Translations under genes and position numbers: made by a program
The notes under the pieces: model-generated
The model's database searches: none
Told to the model about the DNA's origin: nothing
What the model saw: the letters and a program-made list of their open reading frames with translations, nothing else
Shown: in pieces, positions 29,744 through 39,855 of the stretch
Layout of the letters: each line of letters starts with the position of its first letter
Position numbering within the stretch: the stretch's first letter is position 1
Source of the DNA: Corallococcus sp. AB038B
GTDB lineage: Bacteria; Myxococcota; Myxococcia; Myxococcales; Myxococcaceae
Length of the DNA stretch: 64,000 nt
Assembly: GCF_003668955.1 (NCBI RefSeq)
Contig: NZ_RAWO01000002.1
Location: 471,605-535,604, forward strand
Direction: 5' to 3'

Positions 29744-32700
29744 GTGAAGATCGGCCGGACCTCGGAGAACGACCTGGTGCTGCATGACCACGGTGTCTCC
29801 CGGCGTCATGCCCGCATCACGGCGAGGGATGGGCGCTACTTCGCCGCGGACGTTGGCAGCGCGAACGGCACGCAGCTGAACGGCCAGCCGCTGGCCGGCG
29901 AGAAGCAGCTGCGCGACGGCGACCGCATCACCGTGGGGCCCGTGGAGTTCACCTTCGTGTGGATGCCGCCGGAGGATGACGACGACGTCACCCGGCCCAT
30001 CCGGCGGGTGCTCGCGCCGCCCCACGCGAACGTGTCGCCGCAGGGCTTGGGGCAGGCCTCGCTCGCGGAGATCGAAGCGGCGCCCACGAGCTACCAGCAG
30101 TCGATGCCGGCCATGGCCCGGCCTGCATCCCCGCCGCGCCCGGGAATGGCGGTGCCCGCTGCGAAGGGTGGGGCGACCCCGGCGATGCCGGTGCCGGCCG
30201 CCACACCGAAGCGGCCCTCCGCTCCGGATCTGCCGGCGGTCACTGCCCCCGCGCCGGGTGCGGCCGCGCAGGTCCGGCCTCCACCGGGGCCTGCGCTCAG
30301 CGCTTCCGCGCCGGGTGCGGCGGCTCCGCCCAAGCCTTCCGCCGGGCCTCCTGTGCTGGGAGCTTCCTCGCCGGCATCCGCTGCGCCGGCTCGGCCTGCA
30401 CCTGGAGCGCCCGTGCAGGGAGCTGCCGTGACGGGTGCGGCGACTCCGCCCAGGCCTCCTCCGGGTCCGCCTGCGCTGGGTGCCTCCGCGTCGGCTGCTT
30501 CGGGCAAGGTTCCCGCCGCGCCTCCTGTGTTGGGGCCTTCGGCGCCGGGCGCGACCGCGCCTGCCAGGACTCCCGCCGGGCCCCCGGTGTTGGGTCCTGC
30601 TGCTTCGGGCGCGGGTGCGCCGGCCAAGGCTCCTGCTGGCCCCCCGGTGCTGAGCGCTCCGGCCGTGAACAAGGCTCCGGGACCTTCCGCCTCCGTCCGG
30701 GCCTCCGGGCCGGGACTGTCAGCGGTCGGTGCCTCGGGACCGGGCAGGTCGTCCGCGCTGGAGGCTGCCCCGGCCCCCTCGCACCCCACCGCGCTCGAAC
30801 ATCCCGCGGCTGGAGTTCCTGCCTCGACTGCGACCTCCTCGCAGGGGAAGGCCGCCGCTTCAGCTCCTGCCGAGCCCGCGGCTCCCGCCAAGCGGAACGG
30901 CGTCGCGAACCTGCCTGGTGTCGGCGCGCCCGCGCTGAACCGTCCCTCGCTGGGGCTTGGCGCCGCGCGCGCGTCCGCTGCTCCAGTGTCCCGGGGCGCC
31001 GCGGCTTCCGCGCCTGGACTGCCGTTGATGTCGCCGCCGGGGCTCATGGCTCCGCCGCCTCCGGCTCGGCCTTCCGTCGTACCGCCTCCCGTGGATCTGG
31101 CCCCCGTGGTGCCGGATGAACCCGAGGAGCGCACGCTGATGGCGATCCCCACGGCGGACGCACCCGCCGCGGCGCTGTCTCCCGTACTGCCGCTCCCGGA
31201 GCTGGACGAGCCCGAGGAGCGCACGCTGATGGCGATCTCCACGGTGGACTCGCTCGTGCCCGCCGTGGTGCCGCCCCCCGTGCTGTCGCTCCCGGAGCTG
31301 GACGAGCCCGAGGAGCGCACGCTGATGGCGATTCCGGCGACCCCGGAAGCGCCTCCCCTGGAAGAGTCGGCGCCGCCACCGGCGGCCTTGCCCGCGCTGC
31401 CTCCGCCGATGATGGAGGAGCCCGAGGAGCGGACCGTTCTCGACCTCCGGCCCATCACTCCGGTCAGTCCGCTCGTGGCCCCTCCGGTGCGCGTCGCGAG
31501 CGCTCCCGTCCCCGCGCCCGACTCCAGCGAGCCCTCGACCTTCGTCGGCCAGGACGATGACCTCTACGCGGCCCCCGAGGAGACCCGGGCTTCGGGGACC
31601 TTCACGGGCCAGGTTGCCCCCGCCCCCGTGGCGCCTCCGCCGGCCTCGAGCCCTCCCGTCCCGCCGCCATCGCCGGAGCCGGTGACGTTCGTCGGCCGGG
31701 ACCGGGCCGCGCCTGCCCCGACCCTGGACCCCGGCCCGCTGCCGGGCGAGTTCCCACTGGCCCCCGTGCCCTCCGCGGACGTGGAGGGGGATGCCACCCA
31801 GCCCGTGCCGGCCGACCTGGAAGACTCCTTCGTCCAGCCCGTGCCCAACGGCCCGGTGACGGTCGTCGCGAAGGTCGAGCCCTCGTCCGCCGCCGACAAG
31901 GCTCGTCAACGGCGTCAGCTGGGCAAGTCACTCCAGGGCCGGTTCATCCTCTTCTGGAAGCGCCAGTCGCTGCCCAAGCGGATCGCCTTCGCGTCGCTGG
32001 CGGGCGTGGCCGTGCTGTGCGTGGTGACGCTGCTCGTGGCGCTCGCGGTCCCCACGGCCATCCGGCTCCCGGGCAGCGAACCCTTCAAGCTGGGCATGGA
32101 GCCGGTGACGGACTCCTTCGGCCTGGGCGACGGCGTGCGCTGGGTCCACGCCGACGACAAGCTCTTCGACTTCCGCTTCGTGTCCCCCACGCGCGCCGTG
32201 GCGGTGCTGCACTACCAGGCCAGCAGCATCGCCCGGGACGAGGTCAACCTGTCCCTCAACGGCGTGTCCCTGGGCTGGGTGCCCCCGGACACTGCGCAGA
32301 CGGCCGAGCGTGAGCTGGAGCAGATCCTCCCGCCCAGCCTCCTGCGGCGCAACGCCAACAACCAGATCCTCTTCGACAACGCCCTCAACCCGCCCGGCCG
32401 CGACCCGTGGCGCATCTGGAACCTGCGGCTGGAGATCATCCCGGTGCCGGAGGCGCCGCCGGATCAGCTGGTCGCCTCCGCCCGGGAGGCCGCGACGGCG
32501 GGGGCCCGCTTCTACGAGCTCAAGGATGTGGGCGCGGAGAACCTGTTCAAGGCGTGGCGGGAATACCGCGCCGCTTGGATCACCCTGGAAGCGCTGGACG
32601 ACAAGCCGGAGCTTTACGAGGACGTCCGGGAGCGGATTGCCCAGATTTCAATGGAGCTGGACCACCGCTGCAGCCAGCTGATGATGCAGTTCCAGCGGGC

Positions 32701-32824
32701 GGTTCAGTTCCGCAGCCGACGGGATGCGGTCGCGACCCTGGAAGACGTACGGAGACGCTTCCCTACGGCTGAGCATCGCTGCCACAATCTCGCGCAGGAA
32801 AAAGCCTATGAGCACGAGCTTTAG
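29744..32824 (+). CDS. FHA-domain membrane protein (about 1030-1050 aa): N-terminal FHA, long Pro/Ala-rich repeats, TM helix, C-terminal extracytoplasmic domain. True N-terminus probably lies upstream of 29744.
   Basis: FHA motifs IGRTSENDLVLHDHGVSRRHARI and SANGTQLNGQPL. The first FHA beta-strands (PILLTITQGLQVGRELAFEQAE) are encoded in frame upstream of the first canonical start (29672-29743). TM IAFASLAGVAVLCVVTLLVALAV near residue 750. Confidence 0.8.
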   Translation: MKIGRTSENDLVLHDHGVSRRHARITARDGRYFAADVGSANGTQLNGQPLAGEKQLRDGDRITVGPVEFTFVWMPPEDDDDVTRPIRRVLAPPHANVSPQGLGQASLAEIEAAPTSYQQSMPAMARPASPPRPGMAVPAAKGGATPAMPVPAATPKRPSAPDLPAVTAPAPGAAAQVRPPPGPALSASAPGAAAPPKPSAGPPVLGASSPASAAPARPAPGAPVQGAAVTGAATPPRPPPGPPALGASASAASGKVPAAPPVLGPSAPGATAPARTPAGPPVLGPAASGAGAPAKAPAGPPVLSAPAVNKAPGPSASVRASGPGLSAVGASGPGRSSALEAAPAPSHPTALEHPAAGVPASTATSSQGKAAASAPAEPAAPAKRNGVANLPGVGAPALNRPSLGLGAARASAAPVSRGAAASAPGLPLMSPPGLMAPPPPARPSVVPPPVDLAPVVPDEPEERTLMAIPTADAPAAALSPVLPLPELDEPEERTLMAISTVDSLVPAVVPPPVLSLPELDEPEERTLMAIPATPEAPPLEESAPPPAALPALPPPMMEEPEERTVLDLRPITPVSPLVAPPVRVASAPVPAPDSSEPSTFVGQDDDLYAAPEETRASGTFTGQVAPAPVAPPPASSPPVPPPSPEPVTFVGRDRAAPAPTLDPGPLPGEFPLAPVPSADVEGDATQPVPADLEDSFVQPVPNGPVTVVAKVEPSSAADKARQRRQLGKSLQGRFILFWKRQSLPKRIAFASLAGVAVLCVVTLLVALAVPTAIRLPGSEPFKLGMEPVTDSFGLGDGVRWVHADDKLFDFRFVSPTRAVAVLHYQASSIARDEVNLSLNGVSLGWVPPDTAQTAERELEQILPPSLLRRNANNQILFDNALNPPGRDPWRIWNLRLEIIPVPEAPPDQLVASAREAATAGARFYELKDVGAENLFKAWREYRAAWITLEALDDKPELYEDVRERIAQISMELDHRCSQLMMQFQRAVQFRSRRDAVATLEDVRRRFPTAEHRCHNLAQEKAYEHEL
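31115..31450 (+). repeat. Four interspersed copies of a ~33-nt unit encoding (L)DEPEERTLMAI within the FHA gene
   Basis: gagcccgaggagcgcacgctgatggcgat recurs at ~31115, 31202, 31298 and (degenerate) 31411, separated by Pro-rich linkers of variable length. Confidence 0.7.
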
Positions 32825-32851
32825 GGCCCGTGCCCCCCTCAGCAGGACGCG

Positions 32852-34600
32852 GTGACCGCCATGTCGAACGCACCTCCCCCCGCCCGCCGACGGCCTACGT
32901 CCGGTACGCCCTCCTCCGGGAGCGGATCGCGCGCGCCGGTCCGCCGGTCGACCGCCGGTGCCGCCGCGGCCCGCCCCGCGAAGCTCGTCGTCGTCGCCGG
33001 CCCCATGGAGGGTGAGGAGTTCGCGCTCTCCGAGCTCGAGTACACGGTCGGCCGCTCCGCCGACAACCCCATCTGCATCCAGGACACGTCCGTCTCCCGC
33101 AAGCACGTGACGCTGCGCAAGGAGTCCTCGGGCTGGATGGTCAGTGACATGGGCTCCGGCAACGGAACCATCCTCAACGGCGAGCCCATCGCCGAGGAGA
33201 CGCTCCTCGCCAACGGCGACGTCATCACGCTGGGCGACTCGGAGCTGCGTTACGAGGACACCGCCAACAGCACCGCGAAGGTGCAGGCCCCCACCGGCTC
33301 CCGGCCCCGTCCGTCCACGGCGGCGGGCCGAGCTCCCACGGCCGTGCCCACGCGTCCCGCCCGGGAGGGCCGTGCGCGCCCGCAGACGTCGCGCGCCGCC
33401 GCCGCCGCGGAGCTCACGCCGGAAGCGCAGCGCAAGCGCATGCGGATGAAGCTCGCGGGCGTCGCCGTGCTGGTGGTGCTCTTCGCGGGCCTGGGCGTCG
33501 CGCGCTCGCGCATGCGGCAGCAGGCGGAGGAGCAGGGCCGCATCGAGGCGGAGCAGCGTGAGTACCGCGCGCAACTGGGCGGCCTCTTCCAGGAGGCCAA
33601 GAACCTGGTGCGCGAGGGCCAGTGGGAGCAGGCCAAGGCGAAGCTGGAGGAGCTCCACACGCGGGCGTCGGACTACCCCGGCGTGGAGGACTACCTGAAG
33701 GCCGCGGACCGGGAGATTCCCAACCAGAAACACCTGAGCGCGGCCCAGGCGGCGTTGACCAAGGGCGAGCTGGCCAGCGCGAAGGCGTCCATCGATAAGG
33801 TGACCAGCGACACCCAGCAGTACGAGCAGCTGAAGACGGCGCGCAAGAACCTGCTGGACGCCGCCGACACGCGCACGAAGGAGGCCAAGGGGCTCCTGGA
33901 CACCCGCCAGCTGGATAACGTGCAGAAGGCCAAGGCCATCACCGACGACGTGCTCGCGACCTTCCCCGAGCACCGCGACGGCAAGCTGGTCAACGACGAC
34001 GCCGCGCGTGTCATCGCGGACCTGACGCGTCCGGACCCCGTGCGCGTGGCCGCGGCGCCCAAGCCGTGGGAGCCCGCGGTGGAGCGCTTCCGCGACGGTG
34101 ACATCACCGGCGCGGTGGCCATCCTCAACGCGTGCGCCGGCAAGACGTCCCAGTGCAAGCAGGTGATGGGACAGGTGACGGAGTTCGGCAACCTCTACAA
34201 GAAGCTGGAGGATCTGGACGCGAAGGGCCTGACCCGGCTGCTCGCGCTGGACAAGGACATCACCGACGGGCGCGGCAGCAAGATGGGGCGCAACGCGGGC
34301 ACCCGCGCGGGAACCATCTATTACAAGAGCGCCGCGGGCGCGAAGGCCGCCGGCCAGTGGTCGCGCGCCATGGAGTTCGCCCGCCGCGCGCTCCAGGCGG
34401 ACCCCAACCACACGGGCGCCGCCAATATCGTCAACGACCTCAAGGGCAAGGCGAAGGACCTGTACATGCAGGCCTACTCCATCAAGGACTCCAGCCCGGA
34501 GGACGCGCTGCCCAAGTTCCGCGACGTCGTCGCGATGACGCCGCCTGACGACGAGCTGCACGGCAAGGCCCAGGGCTGGGTCGAGAAGCTGTCGCGATGA
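32852..34600 (+). CDS. FHA-domain membrane protein with TM helix and TPR-like periplasmic domain (582 aa)
   Basis: FHA motifs VGRSADNPICIQDTSVSRKHVTLR and SGNGTILNGEPI. TM LAGVAVLVVLFAGLGVA. The C-terminal helical repeats are TPR-like. Confidence 0.8.
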   Translation: MTAMSNAPPPARRRPTSGTPSSGSGSRAPVRRSTAGAAAARPAKLVVVAGPMEGEEFALSELEYTVGRSADNPICIQDTSVSRKHVTLRKESSGWMVSDMGSGNGTILNGEPIAEETLLANGDVITLGDSELRYEDTANSTAKVQAPTGSRPRPSTAAGRAPTAVPTRPAREGRARPQTSRAAAAAELTPEAQRKRMRMKLAGVAVLVVLFAGLGVARSRMRQQAEEQGRIEAEQREYRAQLGGLFQEAKNLVREGQWEQAKAKLEELHTRASDYPGVEDYLKAADREIPNQKHLSAAQAALTKGELASAKASIDKVTSDTQQYEQLKTARKNLLDAADTRTKEAKGLLDTRQLDNVQKAKAITDDVLATFPEHRDGKLVNDDAARVIADLTRPDPVRVAAAPKPWEPAVERFRDGDITGAVAILNACAGKTSQCKQVMGQVTEFGNLYKKLEDLDAKGLTRLLALDKDITDGRGSKMGRNAGTRAGTIYYKSAAGAKAAGQWSRAMEFARRALQADPNHTGAANIVNDLKGKAKDLYMQAYSIKDSSPEDALPKFRDVVAMTPPDDELHGKAQGWVEKLSR

Positions 34601-36327
34601 AGAAGCGCAAGGGGCTGGAGCCGCCTCCGGCCGATGAGCCGGGGCAGGGCGACCTGTTCGGCACGTCGCTGCTACCCCCCTTGCGTCCCGCACCGGCGAA
34701 GGCCGCCAGCGGAGGCAAGACGCCTCCTGCCCCCCCGGCTCCCCTGGCTCCTTCGACCGCGCCGGTGGCTGAAATCGCTCCGCCGCCTCCGGCCGCCGTC
34801 ACCCCGCCGCCGCGCCCGGAGCGCACGGTGTTGTCGGTGGGCGAGCTCACCCGGCAGATCAAGCAGACGGTGGAGACGCGCTTCCCGCGCGTGATGGTTC
34901 GCGGTGAGGTGTCCAGCTTCCGGGGCGCCAACGCGCGCGGCCACTGGTACTTCACGCTCAAGGACGCGGACGCCTCCATCGACGCGAAGGTGTGGGCGTC
35001 CATGGCGGGGCGGATCCGCTTCGCGCTGCGCGACGGCATGGAGGTGGTGGCCGAGGGCAGCGTGGACCTGTACGAGCCGCAGGGCCGCTACAGCCTCATC
35101 GTGTCCCGGCTGGAGCCGGTGGGCGAGGGCGCGCTGGCGCTCGCGTTCGAGCAGCTCAAGCAGCGGCTGGCGGCGGAGGGGCTCATCGGCGACCGGCGCG
35201 TGCGGCCGCCCCGGCCCGTGCCGTTCCTGCCCCGGCGCATCGGCGTCGTCACCAGCCGCACCGGCGCGGCACTCCAGGACTTCCTGCGCGTGCTGCACTC
35301 GCGCAACCCCCGGCTGGGCGTGCTGCTGGCGGACGCGCGCGTGCAGGGTGAGGGCGCCGCGGAGGACGTGGCGCGGGCCATCGAGCGGCTTTCGCGCACC
35401 GACGTGGACGTCATCGTCGTGACGCGCGGCGGAGGCTCCGTGGAGGACCTCTGGACGTTCAACGAGGAGCGGGTGGCGCGCGCCATCTTCGCCTCGCCGG
35501 TGCCGGTGGTGTCCGCCATCGGCCACGAAATCGACTTCACCATTTCGGACTTCGTCGCGGACCTGCGCGCGCCCACGCCCAGCGCGGCGGCGGAGCGGCT
35601 GGCGCCGGTGCTGGCCGACCTGGAGCTGACGCTGGCCACGCAGTCCGGCCGCTTGCGCCGGGCCATGGAGCGCCGGGTGCTGGAGCTGCGTCAGAGCCAG
35701 GGCCAGCTTCGCGCGCGGCTGCCGGACCCTCGCCGCGAGGTGAACCACCAGCGCCTGCACCTGTCCGAACAGGTGGAGGCGATGATGCGCGTCCTGCGCC
35801 CGCGCGCGCGCGAGCACCGGGAGACGCTGCGAGCCCTGCAGGAGCGGCTGCAGCGGGCGCGGCCCCAGACGCGGCTGTCGGAACAGCGGGCCCACCTGCT
35901 CAAGCTGGCCATGCGCCTGTCGGAGGCAGCACGCGCGGGCGTCACCCGTCGGCGGGGCGCGCTGGCGGACGCGCGGCTGGGGCTGGAGCGGCAATCCCCT
36001 ACGGCGCGGGTGGCGGCCGAGCGGGCGAAGGTGGCCCAGACGCGCTCGCGGCTCCTGGAGCTGCAGCGGGGCATGCTGGCGACCGCGCAGACGCACTTCG
36101 GACGGTTGGGGGGCCGCCTGGACGCCCTGAGCCCCCTGAAGGTGATGTCTCGCGGCTATGCGGTGACGTTCCGCCAGCGGGACGGCGTCGTGGTGCGCTC
36201 CACGGCGGACGTGGTGGTGGGGGACGTGCTGGGCATCAAGCTGGCGGCCCACGGGGCGAAAACCCTGGGCGGGTGTGAAGAAATCGAAGCCACCGTTACC
36301 AGCCTGAAAGGCCCGGTGGACTGCTAG
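34597..36327 (+). CDS. xseA: Exodeoxyribonuclease VII large subunit
   Basis: OB-fold N-terminus (LSVGELTRQIKQTVETRFPRVMVRGEVSSF) and ExoVII catalytic region (RIGVVTSRTGAALQDFLRVL ... TRGGGSVEDLWTFNEE). ATGA overlap with the upstream gene. Confidence 0.9.
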   Translation: MKKRKGLEPPPADEPGQGDLFGTSLLPPLRPAPAKAASGGKTPPAPPAPLAPSTAPVAEIAPPPPAAVTPPPRPERTVLSVGELTRQIKQTVETRFPRVMVRGEVSSFRGANARGHWYFTLKDADASIDAKVWASMAGRIRFALRDGMEVVAEGSVDLYEPQGRYSLIVSRLEPVGEGALALAFEQLKQRLAAEGLIGDRRVRPPRPVPFLPRRIGVVTSRTGAALQDFLRVLHSRNPRLGVLLADARVQGEGAAEDVARAIERLSRTDVDVIVVTRGGGSVEDLWTFNEERVARAIFASPVPVVSAIGHEIDFTISDFVADLRAPTPSAAAERLAPVLADLELTLATQSGRLRRAMERRVLELRQSQGQLRARLPDPRREVNHQRLHLSEQVEAMMRVLRPRAREHRETLRALQERLQRARPQTRLSEQRAHLLKLAMRLSEAARAGVTRRRGALADARLGLERQSPTARVAAERAKVAQTRSRLLELQRGMLATAQTHFGRLGGRLDALSPLKVMSRGYAVTFRQRDGVVVRSTADVVVGDVLGIKLAAHGAKTLGGCEEIEATVTSLKGPVDC

Positions 36328-36368
36328 CGGGCCACCCTCTACATTCCGCGCCCCGCTCGGGGAGGTGG

Positions 36369-36707
36369 ATGGCCGTGGCGAAGTCGGACAAGAACCCCAA
36401 GGTGGAGCCCGCTCCGGAGCAGTACGGAGACGTGGTGTCGCGCTTGGAAGACACAGTGGCGCGGCTGGAAAGCGGCGACCTGTCGTTGGAAGAGTCGCTC
36501 AAGGCGTTCGAGGAGGGCATCCGCCTCGTCCGCCGGGGTGAGAAGCTGCTCACGGAGGCCGAGCAGCGAATCGAACAGCTGCTGGTGGACGAGGACGGCC
36601 AGGACGTGGCGGCGCCGCTGGCGGTGGCGGCCCGGCCCGCTCCGCAGGCTGCCCCCCGGACGAGCGCGCAGGCGCGTCCGCCACCGGAGGACGATGTCCC
36701 GTTCTAG
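36369..36707 (+). CDS. xseB: Exodeoxyribonuclease VII small subunit
   Basis: 112 aa. LEDTVARLESGDLSLEESLKAFEEGIRLVRRGEKLL is the XseB signature. GGAGGTG SD upstream. Confidence 0.85.
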   Translation: MAVAKSDKNPKVEPAPEQYGDVVSRLEDTVARLESGDLSLEESLKAFEEGIRLVRRGEKLLTEAEQRIEQLLVDEDGQDVAAPLAVAARPAPQAAPRTSAQARPPPEDDVPF

Positions 36708-36734
36708 GTATCAGGGGAAGGGTGGAGGCCGGGC

Positions 36735-37124
36735 ATGTCGAAGCCGAAGATTACAATTGTCGATGACGACCGCGACACGCGCGAGCTGCTCGCCGAGGCC
36801 CTGGGGGCCGAGGGGTTCGAGGTCATGTCCGCGGCCAATGGCCTGCGGCTCGTCGCGTCGCTGGAGCTGCACCGGCCGCACGCCATCCTCCTGGACGTGA
36901 ACATGTCCTGGATCAACGGCTTCGAGCTGTGTCAGGCCGTGAAGCAGAACAAGCAGTTCCGGGACATCCCCATCATCTTCATCAGCGGGCGGGGAGACCC
37001 GGAGGACAAGCGGCGAGGCATGGAGGTCGGCGCGGCCGACTACTTCGTGAAGCCGCTGGAGCTGGACGCGCTCGTCAAGCGCATCCGCGAACTCATCCCC
37101 GCCGACGTGGCGAAGGAGCCCTGA
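36735..37124 (+). CDS. Single-domain CheY-like response regulator
   Basis: 129 aa receiver: [19 protein letters not shown] ... [15 protein letters not shown] ... [12 protein letters not shown]. Confidence 0.85.
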   Translation: MSKPKITIVDDDRDTRELLAEALGAEGFEVMSAANGLRLVASLELHRPHAILLDVNMSWINGFELCQAVKQNKQFRDIPIIFISGRGDPEDKRRGMEVGAADYFVKPLELDALVKRIRELIPADVAKEP

Positions 37125-37129
37125 CGACG

Positions 37130-38023
37130 ATGGCCGCTTTCAACCTGGACCCCTTCATGCGCACCCAGCAGTCGCGGGTGGAGGCGCTCCTGCTCGAACG
37201 CGCGGACCGCCTGGGTCCCGCGGGCACGCCGCCCCGGCTGGCGGAGTCCATGCGCTACTCGCTGCTCGCGGGGGGCAAGCGCCTGCGCCCGGTGCTGTGC
37301 CTGGCCTTCGCGGACGCGGTGTCCAAGTCGAGCACCGACGCCGCCGTCGTGGCGGACGCGGCCTGCGCGCTGGAGTACGTACACACCTATTCGCTGGTGC
37401 ACGACGACCTGCCCTCCCTGGACAACGACGACCTGCGCCGGGGCCTGCCCACGAACCACAAGGTCTACGGCGAGCCGGTGGCGCTGCTGGCCGGGGACGG
37501 GCTGTTGACGGAGGCCTTCAACGTGCTCGCCTCCGGACCGGAGCCGGTGCGCGGCCTCCTGTGCGCGGAGCTGGCGCGCGCGGCGGGCGCGAGCGGGATG
37601 GTGGGCGGGCAGGCGCTGGACATCGCGGCGGACCGGGCCGCGGCTTTGGATTACCTCCTGCGGTTGCACCGGATGAAGACGGGCGCGCTCATCCTCGCGG
37701 CGTGCCGGATGGGCGTCCTGGCGGCCGGTGGCGACGCGGCGGCGCTCGCCAGCGCGGTGACGTACGGTGAGGCGGTGGGCCTGGCCTTCCAGATTGCCGA
37801 CGACGTGCTGGACGTGACCTCCAGCGCGGAGGCCATGGGCAAGCCGGTGGGCGCGGACGCGGAGGCCGGGCGCTTCACCTTCCCGGCGGTGGTGGGGCTG
37901 GACGAGTCCCGCCGCATGGCAGACGAGCTGGTGGCCCGCGCGGAGGCGGCGGTGCGTCCGCTGGAGGGCGTGGACGGTCCGCTGGCGGCGCTGGCGCGCT
38001 ACTCGGTGGAGCGGAAGTCCTGA
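37130..38023 (+). CDS. ispA: Farnesyl/geranyl diphosphate synthase
   Basis: First DDxxD motif [17 protein letters not shown] and second motif FQIADDVLD. The real start is the ATG at 37130 within the longer track ORF. Confidence 0.9.
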   Translation: MAAFNLDPFMRTQQSRVEALLLERADRLGPAGTPPRLAESMRYSLLAGGKRLRPVLCLAFADAVSKSSTDAAVVADAACALEYVHTYSLVHDDLPSLDNDDLRRGLPTNHKVYGEPVALLAGDGLLTEAFNVLASGPEPVRGLLCAELARAAGASGMVGGQALDIAADRAAALDYLLRLHRMKTGALILAACRMGVLAAGGDAAALASAVTYGEAVGLAFQIADDVLDVTSSAEAMGKPVGADAEAGRFTFPAVVGLDESRRMADELVARAEAAVRPLEGVDGPLAALARYSVERKS

Positions 38024-39855
38024 TGGCGGACGTGCTGTCCGGTGTCGCGTCTCCCGCGGATGTGCGCGCGCTCCCCGAGGACGCGCTGCCCGGCCTGTGC
38101 GAGGCGCTGCGCGAGGCCATCATCACCACCTGCGGCCGCGTCGGAGGCCACCTGGGCGCGTCGCTGGGCGCGGTCGAGTTGGTCGTGGCCCTGCACCGCG
38201 TCTTCCACACGCCGCAGGACGCGCTCCTCTTCGACGTGGGGCACCAAGCATACGCGCACAAGCTGCTCACCGGCCGGCGCGACCGGATGCACACGCTGCG
38301 GCAGGCGGACGGCATCGCGCCGTTCCTGGATCCGCGGGAGAGCCACCACGACGCGCTGGCGGCCGGGCATGCGTGCACGGCCATCTCCGCGGCGCTGGGC
38401 CTGCTCTCCGGCCGGCGGCAGCTGGGGCACTCGGGCCACGTGGTGGCGGTGGTGGGCGACGGCGCGCTCACCGGCGGCCTGAGTTTCGAGGGTCTCAACA
38501 ACGCGGGGGGGAGCCCGCTGCCGCTCGTGGTGGTGCTCAACGACAACCAGATGTCCATCAGCGCGAACGTGGGCGCCATCCCCGCGCTCCTGCGCACGCG
38601 CAACGCCCGCGCCTTCTTCGAATCGCTGGGCTTCACCTACCTGGGCCCGGTGGACGGGCACGACCTGGGCGCGCTCACGCGGGTGCTGCGCGAGGCGAAG
38701 GCGTCATCGCGTCCGGTGGTGGTGCACGCGCTGACGAAGAAGGGGCGCGGCTTCCCGCCTGCCGAAGCCGACGAGCAGACGCGCGGCCACGCGATGGGGC
38801 CGTACGAGTGGCGCGACGGAAAGCTGGTGCGCTCGCGCGGGGGACGGCCCACGTACAGCGAGGCCTTCGCCCAGGTGTTGGGTGATGCGCTGGAGCGCGA
38901 CCCGCGCGTGGTGGCCGTGACGCCCGCGATGCTGGAGGGCAGCGCGCTCACCGGCTTGAAGGCGCGCTTCCCGGACCGAGTGCACGACGTGGGCATCGCG
39001 GAGCAGCACGCGGTGACGTTCTGCGCGGGGCTCGCCGCGGCGGGCGCGAAGCCGGTGTGCGTCATCTACTCCACCTTCCTCCAGCGCGCGTACGACCAGG
39101 TGGTCCACGACGTGTGCCTGCCGGGGTTGCCCGTCGTCTTCGCGGTGGACCGGGCGGGGCTCGTGGGCGCGGACGGCGCCACACACCAGGGCGCCTACGA
39201 CGTGTCCTTCCTCCGGCCGCTGCCGGGCCTCACGCAGTGGGCTCCGGTGGTGGGTGAGGACCTGGGGCCCATGCTCGCCACCGCGCTCCAGGCCTCCGGG
39301 CCCTCCGTGCTGCGCTTCCCGCGCGGCACTCTGCCGGACCTGCCGCCGGAGCTGGCGCAGGACGGGACCGAGGCGTCGGCGCACGACGCGCGCGCTGGCG
39401 CGGAGGGGGGCAAGAGCTCCACGGCCTCGCGGCTGACACCGGCCGCGCTCCCCATGCCGGGCGCCCGCTGGCTGAAGCGTGTGCCCGGCTCACGGCTGAC
39501 CTTGGTGACGCTGGGCCCGCTGGGCCTGTCCGCGCTGGAGGCCGTGCGGAGCGAACCGGACTGGAGCGTGCTGGACGCGCGCCGGGCGTGGCCCTTGGAT
39601 GAAGCCGCGCTGCTGGAGGCCGCGGCGGGCGGGCACGTGGTGGTGGCGGAGGAGGGCACCGTCCGGGGCGGCCTGGGCAGCGCGGTGCTGGAGCTGTACG
39701 CCGCGTCGGGCGTATCCCCCCGCGTGACGCTCCTGGGCATGCCGGATGTCTTCCTGCCGCACGGAGACGCGCGGGTGCAGCGCACGCAGCTGGGACTGGA
39801 TGCGGCGGGCCTGCTGCGCGCGGGCCGTGCGCTGCTGGGAGAGGAGAACCGGTGA
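38023..39855 (+). CDS. dxs: 1-deoxy-D-xylulose-5-phosphate synthase
   Basis: 610 aa with TPP-binding motifs ([31 protein letters not shown]). ATGA overlap with ispA, matching the conserved xseB-ispA-dxs arrangement. Confidence 0.95.
   Translation: MADVLSGVASPADVRALPEDALPGLCEALREAIITTCGRVGGHLGASLGAVELVVALHRVFHTPQDALLFDVGHQAYAHKLLTGRRDRMHTLRQADGIAPFLDPRESHHDALAAGHACTAISAALGLLSGRRQLGHSGHVVAVVGDGALTGGLSFEGLNNAGGSPLPLVVVLNDNQMSISANVGAIPALLRTRNARAFFESLGFTYLGPVDGHDLGALTRVLREAKASSRPVVVHALTKKGRGFPPAEADEQTRGHAMGPYEWRDGKLVRSRGGRPTYSEAFAQVLGDALERDPRVVAVTPAMLEGSALTGLKARFPDRVHDVGIAEQHAVTFCAGLAAAGAKPVCVIYSTFLQRAYDQVVHDVCLPGLPVVFAVDRAGLVGADGATHQGAYDVSFLRPLPGLTQWAPVVGEDLGPMLATALQASGPSVLRFPRGTLPDLPPELAQDGTEASAHDARAGAEGGKSSTASRLTPAALPMPGARWLKRVPGSRLTLVTLGPLGLSALEAVRSEPDWSVLDARRAWPLDEAALLEAAAGGHVVVAEEGTVRGGLGSAVLELYAASGVSPRVTLLGMPDVFLPHGDARVQRTQLGLDAAGLLRAGRALLGEENR

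Noticed and set aside
32648-34693. 681-aa minus-strand ORF
   Set aside because: Antisense to the second FHA gene. Low-complexity Arg/Gly/Leu composition.
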